A stretch of 50,060 nucleotides of DNA from an uncultured Methylophilaceae bacterium (GCA_903909015.1 CAIVUE010000133.1:1-50060); one strand, 5' to 3'. Positions 10,314-21,617 are shown, counted from the stretch's first letter. Translations and numbers: made by a program. The notes: generated by a model not told the origin, from the sequence alone.

Positions 10314-13300
10314 TTAATTAATAAACTTTCTTGCATTTCTAAACATACGTATCCAAGCTGCGTCTTCGCCCCAAGCATCTGGGTGCCAAGAATTCTGCAC
10401 CGTACGGAAAACACGTTCTGGGTGAGGCATCATAATACTAAAACGCCCATCCTTTGTAGTTAAACCTGTAATCCCTTGTGGTGATCCATTTGGATTAAAT
10501 GGATACACTTCAGTCGGGTTTCCAGCATTATCCACAAACTTCATGCTCACTAACTTATCTGCAATAAGTTTATTGACAGCAGTTTCTGAAGAAAATTCCG
10601 CAAAACCTTCACCGTGCGCAACAGCAATCGGCATGCGGCTTCCAGCCATCCCTGAAAAGAAGAGCGACGGAGACTGTTGCACTTCGACCATCGCGAAACG
10701 CGCTTCGAACTGTTCAGATTTATTACGCACAAAATGTGGCCATTGTTCAGCACCAGGAATAATACTGTGTAAGTTACTCATCATTTGACAACCGTTACAG
10801 ATACCCAATGAAAAAGAGTCTTGGCGCTGGAAGAACGCAGAAAACTCATCTCTAGCGCGAGAATTAAACAAGATAGACTTAGCCCAGCCCTCACCAGCAC
10901 CTAAAACATCTCCATAAGAGAACCCACCACAAGCTACAAAGCCAGCAAAATCTTTGAGGCTCACACGACCACTAATAATGTCACTCATGTGTACGTCATA
11001 GGTAGCAAAACCAGCACGGTCGAAGGCCGCGGCCATTTCAGTCTGTCCATTGACACCTTGCTCACGCAAAATCGCCATTTTTGGACGAATGCCTGTTGCT
11101 ATGTATGGTGCAGCAATATTTTCGCTTGGATCAAACGTTAATTTGGCATGCAAACCCACATCAGCTTTATCTAAAATACGGTCGTATTCTTGCTGAGCGC
11201 AGTCTGGGTTATCACGCATTTTTTGCATTTGGTATGTTGTTTCAGACCAGGCACGGTGTAAATCAACGCGAGAAGCTTCAAATAAAAATTTACCGGCTTG
11301 CTTGATTAAAATGCCCTCGCTTATTGTGACTTTACCGAGCATATGAACGCAGTTTGGCAATTCTTGTTTCAAGCTTAAAACAATTGCATCAGCCTCTGAT
11401 GCTCGCACTTGAATCACTGCACCCAACTCTTCGTTATATAGTGCACTTGCCACATCTCCAGCCAAACCATCCAAATCAATCTCGAGGCCGCAATGCCCGG
11501 CAAATGCCATTTCGACAAGCGTTGAGAATAAACCACCATCTGAACGATCGTGATAGGCTATTAACTTATCTTTCGAATTTAAGCTTTGAATTGCAGTGAA
11601 AAAACGCTTCAAATCCAAAGCCTCATCTACATCTGGCGCTTGATTGCCCACAGCACCATAGACTTGTGCCAAAGCTGAACCCCCCATACGGTTTTTACCA
11701 GCGCCTAAATCAATCAAAATAAGCTGGGTATCACCAAGGTCTGTTCTTAATTGTGGAGTGAGTGTTTTACGTGCATCTGACGTTGCAGCAAATGCTGTCA
11801 CCACTAATGAAATCGGTGATGTCACTGCTTTTTTCTTGCCCGCATCATCCCAAACTGTTTTCATAGACATCGAGTCTTTACCCACAGGGATGCTGATTCC
11901 TAGCGCAGGACAAAGCTCCATACCAACCGCTTTTACCGTATCAAATAAGGCTGCATCTTCGCCTGGGTGACCTGCGGGCGCCATCCAGTTAGCCGATAGC
12001 TTTAAATCTCCAATATCATTAATTAAACTCGCAGCAATATTAGTGATCGATTCGCCAATTGCCATGCGACCTGAAGCAGGCGCATCAATAAGCGCTAACG
12101 GCGCTTTTTCACCAATCGCAAAAGCTTCACCTTGGTAAGTTTGATAGCCCATAAGCGTCACAGCCACATCGGCTACCGGCACTTGCCATGGACCAACCAT
12201 TTGGTCGCGAGCAATCAGACCTGTAACAGAGCGGTCGCCAATAGTGATTAGGAATGTTTTATCGGCAACACCAGGAAGTCTAAGTACGCGATCTGCTGCG
12301 TCTTTTAAATCAATTTTTGATGTATCAAATGAAGGTAAAGTACGTTTTTCATGTTTGACATCACGGAGCATTTTGGGCGGTTTGCCAAGTAATACAGATA
12401 AATCCATATCCACAGGCTTGTTATCAAAATAACTATCGGCAACAGTCAAGTGACGCTCTTCAGTTGCTTCACCAACCACAGCAAAGGGGCAACGCTCCCG
12501 TTCACAGATTTCAGCAAATAGCGCTAAGTTTTCTTTTGAAACTGCCATCACATAACGCTCTTGCGCTTCATTACTCCAAAGCTCACGTGGTGACATGCCT
12601 GGCTCTTCATTATGCACGTCGCGCAATTGAAATAATGCGCCTACACCCGCATCGTTTACGAGTTCAGGGAACGCATTAGAGATTCCGCCAGCGCCGACGT
12701 CATGAATACTTAAAATTGGATTCTTGTCACCCAACTGCCAGCAACGGTCAATCACTTCTTGTGCACGGCGTTCTAATTCTGGATTGCCGCGTTGCACTGA
12801 ATCGAAGTCAAGGCTTTCAACATTTGATCCAGTGTCCATACTAGAAGCAGCTCCGCCACCCAAACCAATTAACATGGCTGGACCACCCAACTGAATCAAA
12901 CAAGCACCTGCTGGAATCGGATTCTTTTTAGAATGTTTTGCTGAAATATTACCTACACCACCCGCCAACATGATCGGCTTATGATAGCCACGCATTTCAC
13001 CATCTGCTTCTAGTTCAAAAGTGCGGAAATATCCGGCAATATTAGGGCGGCCAAATTCGTTGTTATAAGCAGCACCTCCAAGTGGGCCATCAATCATAAT
13101 TTGGAGTGGTGAAGCCGTGCGTGAAGGCTTGCCGTAAGAGCCCTCCCATGGCTGTTCAAAACCTGGAATATTTAAATTTGAAACAGAAAATCCCGTCAAG
13201 CCTGCCTTGGGCTTAGAGCCACTGCCTGTTGCACCTTCATCGCGTATCTCACCACCTGCGCCGGTTGCTGCACCAGCAAAAGGGGAAATGGCAGTTGGAT

Positions 13301-14216
13301 GATTGTGTGTTTCAACCTTCATCAAGTAATGCATTTCTTCTTCAATAAAACCATAAGCACCCCCATTTTGAGGATAGAAACGCTTGGTTTTTTGGCCCGC
13401 AGAACCGGCTACGATAGATGCATTATCAGAGTATGCAACAACCGTACTACCTGGGTTTAATTTGTGTGTGTTACGAATCATGCCAAACAAAGATTGGGCT
13501 TGCGGTACATCATCGATAACCCAATCCGCATTAAAAATCTTATGACGACAGTGTTCTGAATTTGCTTGGGCAAACATCATTAATTCAACATCTGTTGGAT
13601 TTCGGCCAATGCGAATGAAATTTTCCAAAAGATAATCAACTTCATCTGGTGAAAGCGCCAGGCCTAACTCGGCATTCGCATGATTCAGCGCTACCTTTCC
13701 CCCAGTTAAAATATCTACGCTAGATAAAGGAGCAGGTGTTGCTTGATGATAAAGCCTTGCAGCATCATCTAAACTGTCAAAAACCGCCTCAGTCATACGG
13801 TCATGAATTGTTGCTCTAACAGCTTGCTTCTCAGCATCATTTAATACTGAACCATCACGCTTAGTCACGTAATAAGCCACACCGCGCTCAATTCTGTGCA
13901 TGTTACTCAGGCCGCAATGCTTTGCGATGTCAGTTGCACGTGAAGCCCAAGGGGAAATCGTGCCAGGACGAGGAATTACTAAAAATAATTCTCCCACTGG
14001 CGCTTCTTTCGCCATTCGTGGGCCGTATGTAAGAATTTTTGTCAGCGTATCTAGTTCTGTTGCAGTTAATTCAACTTCACTCCAAGCAAAGTGCCAAAAG
14101 TGAGCATGCACTGCATTAATTTGAGGTGCTGATTGACTTAAATTCGCAAGGATTTTTTGAAGTCTAAAAGATGATAGTGCTGCGCTACCACGCAAACTGA
14201 GCATAGATTGGGACAT
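10314..14216 (-). CDS. purL: Phosphoribosylformylglycinamidine synthase (large fused form)
   Basis: 1300 aa; [41 protein letters not shown]. Confidence 0.98.
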   Translation of the reverse strand: MSQSMLSLRGSAALSSFRLQKILANLSQSAPQINAVHAHFWHFAWSEVELTATELDTLTKILTYGPRMAKEAPVGELFLVIPRPGTISPWASRATDIAKHCGLSNMHRIERGVAYYVTKRDGSVLNDAEKQAVRATIHDRMTEAVFDSLDDAARLYHQATPAPLSSVDILTGGKVALNHANAELGLALSPDEVDYLLENFIRIGRNPTDVELMMFAQANSEHCRHKIFNADWVIDDVPQAQSLFGMIRNTHKLNPGSTVVAYSDNASIVAGSAGQKTKRFYPQNGGAYGFIEEEMHYLMKVETHNHPTAISPFAGAATGAGGEIRDEGATGSGSKPKAGLTGFSVSNLNIPGFEQPWEGSYGKPSRTASPLQIMIDGPLGGAAYNNEFGRPNIAGYFRTFELEADGEMRGYHKPIMLAGGVGNISAKHSKKNPIPAGACLIQLGGPAMLIGLGGGAASSMDTGSNVESLDFDSVQRGNPELERRAQEVIDRCWQLGDKNPILSIHDVGAGGISNAFPELVNDAGVGALFQLRDVHNEEPGMSPRELWSNEAQERYVMAVSKENLALFAEICERERCPFAVVGEATEERHLTVADSYFDNKPVDMDLSVLLGKPPKMLRDVKHEKRTLPSFDTSKIDLKDAADRVLRLPGVADKTFLITIGDRSVTGLIARDQMVGPWQVPVADVAVTLMGYQTYQGEAFAIGEKAPLALIDAPASGRMAIGESITNIAASLINDIGDLKLSANWMAPAGHPGEDAALFDTVKAVGMELCPALGISIPVGKDSMSMKTVWDDAGKKKAVTSPISLVVTAFAATSDARKTLTPQLRTDLGDTQLILIDLGAGKNRMGGSALAQVYGAVGNQAPDVDEALDLKRFFTAIQSLNSKDKLIAYHDRSDGGLFSTLVEMAFAGHCGLEIDLDGLAGDVASALYNEELGAVIQVRASEADAIVLSLKQELPNCVHMLGKVTISEGILIKQAGKFLFEASRVDLHRAWSETTYQMQKMRDNPDCAQQEYDRILDKADVGLHAKLTFDPSENIAAPYIATGIRPKMAILREQGVNGQTEMAAAFDRAGFATYDVHMSDIISGRVSLKDFAGFVACGGFSYGDVLGAGEGWAKSILFNSRARDEFSAFFQRQDSFSLGICNGCQMMSNLHSIIPGAEQWPHFVRNKSEQFEARFAMVEVQQSPSLFFSGMAGSRMPIAVAHGEGFAEFSSETAVNKLIADKLVSMKFVDNAGNPTEVYPFNPNGSPQGITGLTTKDGRFSIMMPHPERVFRTVQNSWHPDAWGEDAAWIRMFRNARKFIN

Positions 14217-14246
14217 AGCCTAAAAAGCTGAAAAGATAAAAGGTGT

Positions 14247-14255
14247 ATTTTACCC
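14247..14255 (-). promoter_or_regulatory. Probable sigma70 -10 element of purL
   Basis: GGGTAAAAT on the minus strand about 30 nt upstream of the ATG; no clear -35. Confidence 0.45.
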
Positions 14256-14387
14256 GAATTCGAGATGAATATCGCCCAAAAGACCTCTTTTATGAAGGTA
14301 ATCAATTAAAAAAATCAGAGAGAAATTATCATTTAGGCAAATGGTATAAACTGATAACTCAGTTTTTTCATCAAGAGCTAAGCAGCT

Positions 14388-15113
14388 ATGAAGCATTCAG
14401 ACAAAAACACTCAATTAGTCATTAAGGGCATGCACTGCGGCAGTTGCGTTAACAAGGTAACGGCAGCGCTCAATCCATTTGCTGAAAAAGTATCGGTTTC
14501 ACTCAATCCGCCAATCGCTAATCTCAAAAACTCTACTGCAACAATCGCGCAAATTAACAAAACTCTCTCTTTAATTGGTGACTACAAGGCTTCTAAATTA
14601 ATCATTGCGGAAATTACTGATGCCCCAACCGAAAATAAAAGCTGGCTATCAACTTACAAACCATTATTTTTGATTGTCGGGTACATCCTCATAACAACGC
14701 TTGCAATCGATCTAACTAAACAAAGTTTTAACGCTGAGAGTTGGATGATGCATTTTATGGCTGGCTTCTTTTTAGTATTCTCTTTCTTCAAAATGCTTAA
14801 CATTCATGCTTTTGCAAGCAGCTATGCCATGTACGACTTACTCGCGATGCGAAGCAAAGCGTATGGCTTTTTTTATCCGTTCATTGAGCTAACACTGGGC
14901 ATGGCTTATTTACTAGCATTTGAGCCAAAAATTACCAATACTGCAACTCTCTTCATTATGGGATTTTCAAGCCTGGGAGTGATTCGTGCTGTAATGAATA
15001 AACAGAAGATTAGATGTGCTTGCCTAGGCACCGTATTTGAATTGCCCATGTCGACTATCACCATCATAGAAGATCTCCTGATGGTATGCATGGCAGCTTG
15101 GATGCTTATTTAA
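14388..15113 (+). CDS. Heavy-metal-associated (HMA) domain fused to a MauE/DoxX-like membrane domain
   Basis: GMHCGSC HMA motif; about five hydrophobic helices; KIRCACLG resembles the MauE CxCxG motif. Confidence 0.8.
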   Translation: MKHSDKNTQLVIKGMHCGSCVNKVTAALNPFAEKVSVSLNPPIANLKNSTATIAQINKTLSLIGDYKASKLIIAEITDAPTENKSWLSTYKPLFLIVGYILITTLAIDLTKQSFNAESWMMHFMAGFFLVFSFFKMLNIHAFASSYAMYDLLAMRSKAYGFFYPFIELTLGMAYLLAFEPKITNTATLFIMGFSSLGVIRAVMNKQKIRCACLGTVFELPMSTITIIEDLLMVCMAAWMLI

Positions 15114-15136
15114 GCCTCATTAAAAAGATTACTTAA

Positions 15137-15820
15137 GTGCAAGGCGATTACTACCAACTCCCAACAGGCAAAGTTGCTGCTCTAGATAAAGACAGCCCAT
15201 TTCCACCCATCAAAGATGCTTTGAATGATCCCAATGGGTTATTAGCAATAGGAGGTAGCTTATCCTGCGCCCGCATACTAACAGCCTATCGCGCTGGCAT
15301 ATTTCCCTGGTTTAGTGAAGGAGAGCCTATTTTATGGTGGAGCCCCAATCCTCGGATGGTGCTTTTTCCAAAAGATTTTAAGGTATCAAAATCTCTAGCT
15401 AAACGATTAAAGAAAAATGATTACGAAGTGAGATTTAATTCAGATTTTCGCCAAGTAATGGAGGCCTGTGCCAACACCAACAGACCAGGTCAAGATGGGA
15501 CTTGGATTACTTCAGATATTTTGGATGCTTATTGTGAACTACACAAATTAGGTTATGCTTATTCTGCGGAAACTTGGATAGATAACATATTGGTTGGGGG
15601 CTTATATGGTGTCCTAATCAATAAGGTCTTTTATGGTGAATCGATGTTTCACGATGTGACGGATGCATCAAAAATTGCTTTCGCACACATGGTCAATTAT
15701 TTAAAAGACAGACACGTTGAAATGATTGATTGCCAAATGAATACTAAACATCTTGCATCCTTAGGCGCCCAAGAAATCAGCCGTGAGAAGTTTATGAATG
15801 AGTTAAGTCGTTTAATATGA
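15137..15820 (+). CDS. aat: Leucyl/phenylalanyl-tRNA-protein transferase
   Basis: AYRAGIFPW, ILWWSPNPR, GGLYGV, GESMF, ASKIA, IDCQ. Confidence 0.95.
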   Translation: MQGDYYQLPTGKVAALDKDSPFPPIKDALNDPNGLLAIGGSLSCARILTAYRAGIFPWFSEGEPILWWSPNPRMVLFPKDFKVSKSLAKRLKKNDYEVRFNSDFRQVMEACANTNRPGQDGTWITSDILDAYCELHKLGYAYSAETWIDNILVGGLYGVLINKVFYGESMFHDVTDASKIAFAHMVNYLKDRHVEMIDCQMNTKHLASLGAQEISREKFMNELSRLI

Positions 15821-16548
15821 CTAGCCCTGAAGATTCAGCTCTACAAAAAATCCAGTTTTACGTGACGGCACCCTATTCCTGTGGTTACCTATCCAATAAA
15901 CTCGCTCAATCTTTAATCGCCACTCCACAACACCTAGTTGATGGACATCAATACAGCGCGCTTATTCAGCAGGGCTTCAGACGAAGTGGAAAATTTGTCT
16001 ATAGACCCCATTGTGAAAACTGCAATGCATGCATTCCTGTGAGACTTCCAGTCGCTGATTTCCAAGCAAGCAGAAGCCAAAAACGAGCTTTCAAAAATCA
16101 TCAGACTTTAAATGCGAGTGTCTCATCCCTTGCATTTGATGAAGCGCATTTCGACCTTTATAAGTCATACCAATTAGCCCGTCACGAAGGTAATGAAAAA
16201 GAAGAAACGGTTGAGCAATACCGTAACTTTTTAGTCCAAAGCAACGTCAACAGTCTTTCCATTTCTTTTACCTTGAACGGTGTATTAAAAATCGTGAGCG
16301 TGGTCGATCTCGTCGAAGATGGGGTTTCAGCGGTTTACACTTTTTACGACTGCACTGATACAAAAGCTAGCTACGGTACTTATAGCATCATGTGGCTTAT
16401 TGATTGGTGCAAGCACCTTAAACTACCCTATCTTTACTTGGGTTATTGGATAAAAAACAGTCAAAAAATGGCCTACAAAGAAAACTTCATCCCGCAAGAG
16501 GCTTTAATAGATTGCGAATGGCAAAAGATAAAGCATGCCAAGCCATAA
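15817..16548 (+). CDS. bpt: ATE1-like Asp/Glu leucyltransferase (often annotated as arginyltransferase)
   Basis: CGYL, GFRRSGKFVYRPHCENCNAC, SAVYTFYD, YLYLGYWI, KMAYK; ATGA overlap with aat. Confidence 0.9.
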   Translation: MTSPEDSALQKIQFYVTAPYSCGYLSNKLAQSLIATPQHLVDGHQYSALIQQGFRRSGKFVYRPHCENCNACIPVRLPVADFQASRSQKRAFKNHQTLNASVSSLAFDEAHFDLYKSYQLARHEGNEKEETVEQYRNFLVQSNVNSLSISFTLNGVLKIVSVVDLVEDGVSAVYTFYDCTDTKASYGTYSIMWLIDWCKHLKLPYLYLGYWIKNSQKMAYKENFIPQEALIDCEWQKIKHAKP

Positions 16549-16571
16549 TTCAGACAAGCCCAGCTTGTCGA

Positions 16572-16580
16572 TGCTACAAT
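16572..16580 (+). promoter_or_regulatory. Extended -10 promoter element for tyrA-aroA-cmk
   Basis: TG-C-TACAAT about 30 nt upstream of the tyrA start. Confidence 0.5.
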
Positions 16581-16611
16581 TCTCGCTTAATCAATCTTCA
16601 AAGCAATACAC

Positions 16612-17499
16612 TTGAATAAAATAGTCATTTTTGGTGTTGGACTAATCGGCGGTTCTGTTGCGCTCGCACTCAAAAAATCAGGGGCGGCGCCTAAAATCGT
16701 GGGCGTTGGTCGTAATCTTAAAAACCTTCAAGAGGCGATCGACCTTGGCGTAATAGATGAAGCAGAGTCTGATATTGGTAAAGCAATCACTGATGCTGAT
16801 CTAGTGTTGATTTCCACCCCTGTAGCTCAAACTCCAAAAATCTTAGAAGCTATTATTCCTCACCTTGGTTCAAAAACCGTCATCACAGATGCCGGTAGTA
16901 CAAAATCAGACATTGCTGAATACGTAAAAGATGCATCAAAACAAGCAAAAAATCCGCAACACTTTCTTAGCCAATTCGTGGGTGGGCATCCAATTGCTGG
17001 CGCTGAAAAAAGTGGCGTGAGCGCAGCGAAAGCTGATTTATTTATTGGTAAAAATGTTGTTTTAACGCCTAACGCAAACACCTCAACCGAAGCCCTTAAG
17101 CTTGTAAGCGAATTGTGGGGAAAAACCGGCGCGAATTTGAGTGAAATGACAGCTCAGGCACATGACCAAATCTTTGCTGCAGTAAGTCATTTACCTCACT
17201 TACTAGCATTTGCCTTGGTCAATAATTTAGCTAACCGCAAAAATGCAAAACAGCTTTTTGATTTTGCAGCAAGCGGATTTAGAGACTTCACACGCATCGC
17301 AGGCAGTTCACCTGAGATGTGGCTCGACATTAGCCTAGCAAATAAACGAGCCTTACTAGATGAGCTTGAAGCCTACCAAGCTGAGTTATCTAACTTACAA
17401 AAACTATTAAAAAACGATGACAGTCAAGGTTTGAAATTAATGTTTGAGCATGCAAGCAATGCACGCCAGGCTTGGCAAAAAGAACAAGATAAGTCATAA
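16612..17499 (+). CDS. tyrA: Prephenate/cyclohexadienyl dehydrogenase
   Basis: GVGLIGGS, TDAGSTK, GGHPIAGAEKSG, HDQIFAAVSHLPH, GFRDFTRIA; TTG start. Confidence 0.93.
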   Translation: MNKIVIFGVGLIGGSVALALKKSGAAPKIVGVGRNLKNLQEAIDLGVIDEAESDIGKAITDADLVLISTPVAQTPKILEAIIPHLGSKTVITDAGSTKSDIAEYVKDASKQAKNPQHFLSQFVGGHPIAGAEKSGVSAAKADLFIGKNVVLTPNANTSTEALKLVSELWGKTGANLSEMTAQAHDQIFAAVSHLPHLLAFALVNNLANRKNAKQLFDFAASGFRDFTRIAGSSPEMWLDISLANKRALLDELEAYQAELSNLQKLLKNDDSQGLKLMFEHASNARQAWQKEQDKS

Positions 17500-17505
17500 G
17501 TTAAT

Positions 17506-18798
17506 ATGGAATCAATTACCTTACGCCCAGCCAGTCAAGTCACTGGAACGATCAAATTACCCGGCTCAAAGAGCATTTCAAATCGCACTTTATTGCTTGC
17601 TGCTTTTGCAAATGGCATCACTGAAATCCGCGATTTGTTAGCTTCAGACGATACCGCAAGAATGCTTGAGGCCTTAGAAAAATTAGGAATCTCCCTTGAA
17701 AAAATTGGCCAAAATGATTGGCGTGTGACTGGCAATGGCGGTCAACTTAAAGTAAAAGAAGCCGATTTGTTTTTAGGTAATGCAGGTACCGCCTTCAGGC
17801 CACTTACAGCCGCATTAGCTTTTGCTCAAGGCGATTTCAAGCTCTCAGGCATTGCGCGCATGCATGAACGACCAATTGGTGATTTAGTCGATGCGCTAAG
17901 ACAAGCTGGTGCCAATATCAAATATCTAGGCAATGACGGCTATCCACCCCTCAAAATATCGCCTGCAAGCATTGCATCATCAAGCCCAATCAAAATTCGT
18001 GGCGATGTTTCTAGCCAGTTTTTAACTGCGCTATTAATGGCGTTGCCACTCACTGGTCAGGCATTCACCATTGAAGTAATCGGAGATCTCATTTCAAAGC
18101 CTTACATTGAAATCACGATTAATTTGATGCGTCGTTTTGGCGTAGAGGTAGCGCGTGAAGGTTGGGAAAGTTTCAATATCCGTTCAAATAGCCAATACCT
18201 AAGCCCTAAAGAAATTTATGTAGAAGGTGATGCATCATCCGCCTCATATTTTCTTGCTGCTGGCGCAGTTGCTGCAGATACTGAAGGGCTCAAGATCGAA
18301 GGAGTTTCCTCAGATAGTATTCAAGGCGATATCAAATTTGCAGATGAAATCGTCAAAATGGGTGCGATCGTTGAATATAGCACTAATAGCATTATCGTAA
18401 AGCGAGCCAAAGGCAAACTAAAAGCCATTGATTTGGACTGCAACCACATCCCTGATGCAGCCATGACGCTCGCCATTTTGGCTTTATTTGCACATGGAAC
18501 AACAACCTTACGAAATATTGCTAGCTGGCGCGTTAAAGAAACTGATCGTATTAGCGCTATGGCAACTGAACTGAGGAAAGTTGGCGCCATCGTTGAAGAA
18601 GGGGCTGATTACATCCGTATTACACCCCCAGAAAAACTTACACCAAATGCTGTAATTGATACCTACGATGACCACCGAATGGCGATGTGTTTTTCCTTAG
18701 TAAGCTTGGGCGGCGTGCCTATCATCATTAATGATCCCAAATGTGTAGGCAAAACATTCCCGGATTACTTTGAACGCTTTGCAACAATTGTTAAATAA
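17506..18798 (+). CDS. aroA: EPSP synthase
   Basis: [43 protein letters not shown]. Confidence 0.98.
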   Translation: MESITLRPASQVTGTIKLPGSKSISNRTLLLAAFANGITEIRDLLASDDTARMLEALEKLGISLEKIGQNDWRVTGNGGQLKVKEADLFLGNAGTAFRPLTAALAFAQGDFKLSGIARMHERPIGDLVDALRQAGANIKYLGNDGYPPLKISPASIASSSPIKIRGDVSSQFLTALLMALPLTGQAFTIEVIGDLISKPYIEITINLMRRFGVEVAREGWESFNIRSNSQYLSPKEIYVEGDASSASYFLAAGAVAADTEGLKIEGVSSDSIQGDIKFADEIVKMGAIVEYSTNSIIVKRAKGKLKAIDLDCNHIPDAAMTLAILALFAHGTTTLRNIASWRVKETDRISAMATELRKVGAIVEEGADYIRITPPEKLTPNAVIDTYDDHRMAMCFSLVSLGGVPIIINDPKCVGKTFPDYFERFATIVK

Positions 18799-18800
18799 AA

Positions 18801-19469
18801 ATGACCGCAAAACCTATTCCCGTCATTGCGATTGATGGCCCTTCAGCCTCAGGCAAAGGCACAGTTGCACAAATTGTCGCTGAAAAGCTTGGTTATCATT
18901 ATTTAGATTCTGGCGCGCTTTATCGTATTGTTGCTTTAGCGGCTTTCGATGAAGGTATAGACTGGCAGGAAGAAAATGATATTGCCGAACTCGTAGCACA
19001 ACTAAAAATTGAGTTTGAGCATGGCGAGGTTTACCTCAACAATCAGAACGTCAGCGAAAGAATTCGAACTGAAATCATGGGCCAAGGAGCATCGCAAGTT
19101 GCAGCTCATCCATTAGTCAGGTCTGCATTAGTTAATCTTCAGCATAGCTTTAGAAAAGCTCCTGGATTAGTTGCAGACGGGCGTGATATGGCCAGTGTTA
19201 TTTTCCCTGATGCAAAAATCAAAATCTTCTTAACTGCCAGTGCTGAAGTGCGAGCAGAAAGAAGATATAAACAACTTCTTAGCAAAGGCCAAGAAGCAGA
19301 CTACCAAAAAATATTAAAGGATTTGCAAGACCGCGATGCTCGTGACATGCAACGTATTGTTTCACCATTAATACCTACAGCTGATGCAAATTTATTAGAA
19401 ACAAGCCAACTTAATGTTGAACAGGCTGTAGATATAGTATTAACAACCATATCAGCAAAAAACGGTTAA
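18801..19469 (+). CDS. cmk: Cytidylate kinase
   Basis: IDGPSASGKGT, LDSGALYR, VADGRDM, FLTASAEVRAERR. Confidence 0.97.
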   Translation: MTAKPIPVIAIDGPSASGKGTVAQIVAEKLGYHYLDSGALYRIVALAAFDEGIDWQEENDIAELVAQLKIEFEHGEVYLNNQNVSERIRTEIMGQGASQVAAHPLVRSALVNLQHSFRKAPGLVADGRDMASVIFPDAKIKIFLTASAEVRAERRYKQLLSKGQEADYQKILKDLQDRDARDMQRIVSPLIPTADANLLETSQLNVEQAVDIVLTTISAKNG

Positions 19470-19664
19470 GCAGCAAAATAAAAGTTTTAAGCAAGACGAA
19501 AAAAGAGCATAAAAAGAAACAAAAAATCAAAAAATAGTTAATTAAATTATCGTTTTATTGTAAAATCCCCCTTTGTTTTAAATATTCTGGTATTGCGCGT
19601 CCCTAAAACTCGCAAATTTTTTAATTTACCCCACTGCACGGTGGGATTACTTAGGTACCTTTTA

Positions 19665-21179
19665 ATGGCTAATGTTTCAACCTCAACCGCCTCTACAGGC
19701 GAAAGTTTCGCAGCGTTATTTGAAGAAAGTCTTGCTCGTCAAGAAATGCGCTCAGGTGAAGTGATCACCGCGGAAGTTGTTTCTATTGATTCTGATTTCG
19801 TTGTTGTAAATGCAGGTCTCAAATCTGAGAGTGTTATTGACGCAAACGAATTTCTAAATGATCGTGGTGAAATGGAAGTCCAAGTTGGTGACTTCGTTAA
19901 AGTTTGCATCGAATCATTGGAAGATGGTTACGGCTCAACAAAATTATCACGTGAAAAAGCGAAACGTCTAGCAGCTTGGCTAGACCTTGAAGAAGCAATG
20001 AATGAAGCTCGCATCATCAAGGGCATGGTTAACGGTCGCGTTAAGGGTGGATTAACTGTAATGGTTAATGGTATCCGCGCATTCCTTCCAGGCTCACTTG
20101 TTGATTTACGCCCAGTAAAAGACACTACTCCATTCGAAAACAAAGAATGGGATTTCAAAGTAATTAAACTCGATCGCAAACGCAATAACGTCGTTGTTTC
20201 ACGTCGCGCTGTTTTAGAAGACAGCATGGGTGCTGATCGTGAAGCACTAATGGGTTCACTAAAAGAAGGTGCTGTTGTTAAAGGTATTGTTAAAAACATT
20301 ACAGACTACGGTGCATTCGTTGATTTGGGTGGCATCGATGGTTTACTTCACATTACAGACTTAGCATGGCGCCGTGTAAAACATCCGTCAGAAGTTCTAA
20401 CTGTTGGCGAAGAAGTTGAAGCGAAGATCCTTAAATTTGATCAAGATAAGAATCGTGTTTCACTAGGTATTAAACAACTTGGTGATGATCCATGGGTTGC
20501 ATTAAGCCGTCGCTACCCAGCCAATACACGTTTATTTGGTAAAGTAACTAACTTAACTGACTACGGTGCATTCGTTGAAATTGAGCCAGGCATTGAAGGT
20601 CTTGTTCACGTTTCAGAAATGGACTGGACTAATAAAAATGTTCACCCAGCTAAGATTGCTCAGTTAGGTGATGAAGTTGAGGTTATGATTTTAGAGATCG
20701 ACGAAGATCGCCGTCGTTTATCTTTGGGCATGAAGCAATGTCAAACCAACCCATGGGATGACTTCGCTGCAACACATAAGAAATCAGATAAGGTTAGTGG
20801 CCAAATTAAATCTATCACTGACTTCGGTGTATTCATTGGCTTGCCAGGTGGAATCGATGGTTTAGTTCACTTATCAGATCTTTCATGGACACAAACTGGC
20901 GAAGAAGCAATTCGAAACTTTAAAAAAGGTGACGAACTTGAAGCACTAGTATTGAGCATTGACGTTGAAAAAGAACGCATCTCGCTTGGTGTTAAACAAC
21001 TAACTCCAGATCCAACTGGCGGTACTTCAGAAGAAAAAACTGAAGCTAAACCAAAAGCGAAATCAGCTAAAGCTGCTAAAGAAACAGCTCAAGTGCCAGA
21101 TGATGGTGCAGCAACGGCAGGCACCACAAACCTAGGTGCATTGCTCAAAGCTAAGCTTGATAGCAAAAACAACGAATAA
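19665..21179 (+). CDS. rpsA: 30S ribosomal protein S1, 504 aa, only five S1 domains
   Basis: Start moved to MANVSTS (ATG 19665); [11 protein letters not shown]-terminal helix; repeated [12 protein letters not shown] motifs; cmk-rpsA-ihfB synteny. Confidence 0.97.
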   Translation: MANVSTSTASTGESFAALFEESLARQEMRSGEVITAEVVSIDSDFVVVNAGLKSESVIDANEFLNDRGEMEVQVGDFVKVCIESLEDGYGSTKLSREKAKRLAAWLDLEEAMNEARIIKGMVNGRVKGGLTVMVNGIRAFLPGSLVDLRPVKDTTPFENKEWDFKVIKLDRKRNNVVVSRRAVLEDSMGADREALMGSLKEGAVVKGIVKNITDYGAFVDLGGIDGLLHITDLAWRRVKHPSEVLTVGEEVEAKILKFDQDKNRVSLGIKQLGDDPWVALSRRYPANTRLFGKVTNLTDYGAFVEIEPGIEGLVHVSEMDWTNKNVHPAKIAQLGDEVEVMILEIDEDRRRLSLGMKQCQTNPWDDFAATHKKSDKVSGQIKSITDFGVFIGLPGGIDGLVHLSDLSWTQTGEEAIRNFKKGDELEALVLSIDVEKERISLGVKQLTPDPTGGTSEEKTEAKPKAKSAKAAKETAQVPDDGAATAGTTNLGALLKAKLDSKNNE

Positions 21180-21190
21180 GGTAGAAAGCA

Positions 21191-21472
21191 ATGACAAAAT
21201 CTGAGCTTATTCTTAACTTAGCCGCACGTTTTCCTCAACTTGTAGTCAAGGATGCTGAGCTTTCAGTGAAAGCAATTGTTGACTCAATGACGGAAAATTT
21301 AGCAGCTGGAGAGCGAATTGAAATTAGAGGTTTTGGTAGTTTTAGTTTAAATTACAGACCACCTCGTCTAGGCCGCAATCCGAAAACCGGAAGTAAAGTA
21401 GAAGTACCTGCGAAACATGTACCTCACTTTAAAGCTGGAAAAGAGTTACGCGAGCGTGTTGATTTAGTCTAG
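21191..21472 (+). CDS. ihfB: Integration host factor beta
   Basis: [37 protein letters not shown]. Confidence 0.97.
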   Translation: MTKSELILNLAARFPQLVVKDAELSVKAIVDSMTENLAAGERIEIRGFGSFSLNYRPPRLGRNPKTGSKVEVPAKHVPHFKAGKELRERVDLV

Positions 21473-21518
21473 CTTGTAAGCCTCATTCATCAATCAGTTT
21501 TATTTTGATTGATTACCT

Positions 21519-21567
21519 AAAAGCGGTAGTTTCCGAAATCGAAAGATCTAGGATCTACCGTTTTTTT
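21519..21567 (+). terminator. Probable terminator of rpsA-ihfB
   Basis: AAAAGCGGTAG ... CTACCGTTTTTTT with an unusually long (about 25-nt) internal segment. Confidence 0.65.
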
Positions 21568-21617
21568 ATATCATTTTTACCTAGCCCTTTTTAGCTAGCG
21601 CCAGTAAAATCCAAAAC

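Noticed and set aside
14243-14425. 60-aa ORF upstream of the HMA-MauE gene
   Set aside because: Overlaps the purL promoter region and the next gene; GTG start; no recognisable features.
19593-19664. 24-aa N-terminal extension of RpsA in the ORF track
   Set aside because: TTG start without an RBS; homology begins at MANVSTS; the region is better read as the 5' leader.
20300-20900. Repeated DNA such as GACTACGGTGCATTCGTTGA within rpsA
   Set aside because: Explained by the internal S1 domain repeats; not a CRISPR or mobile repeat.
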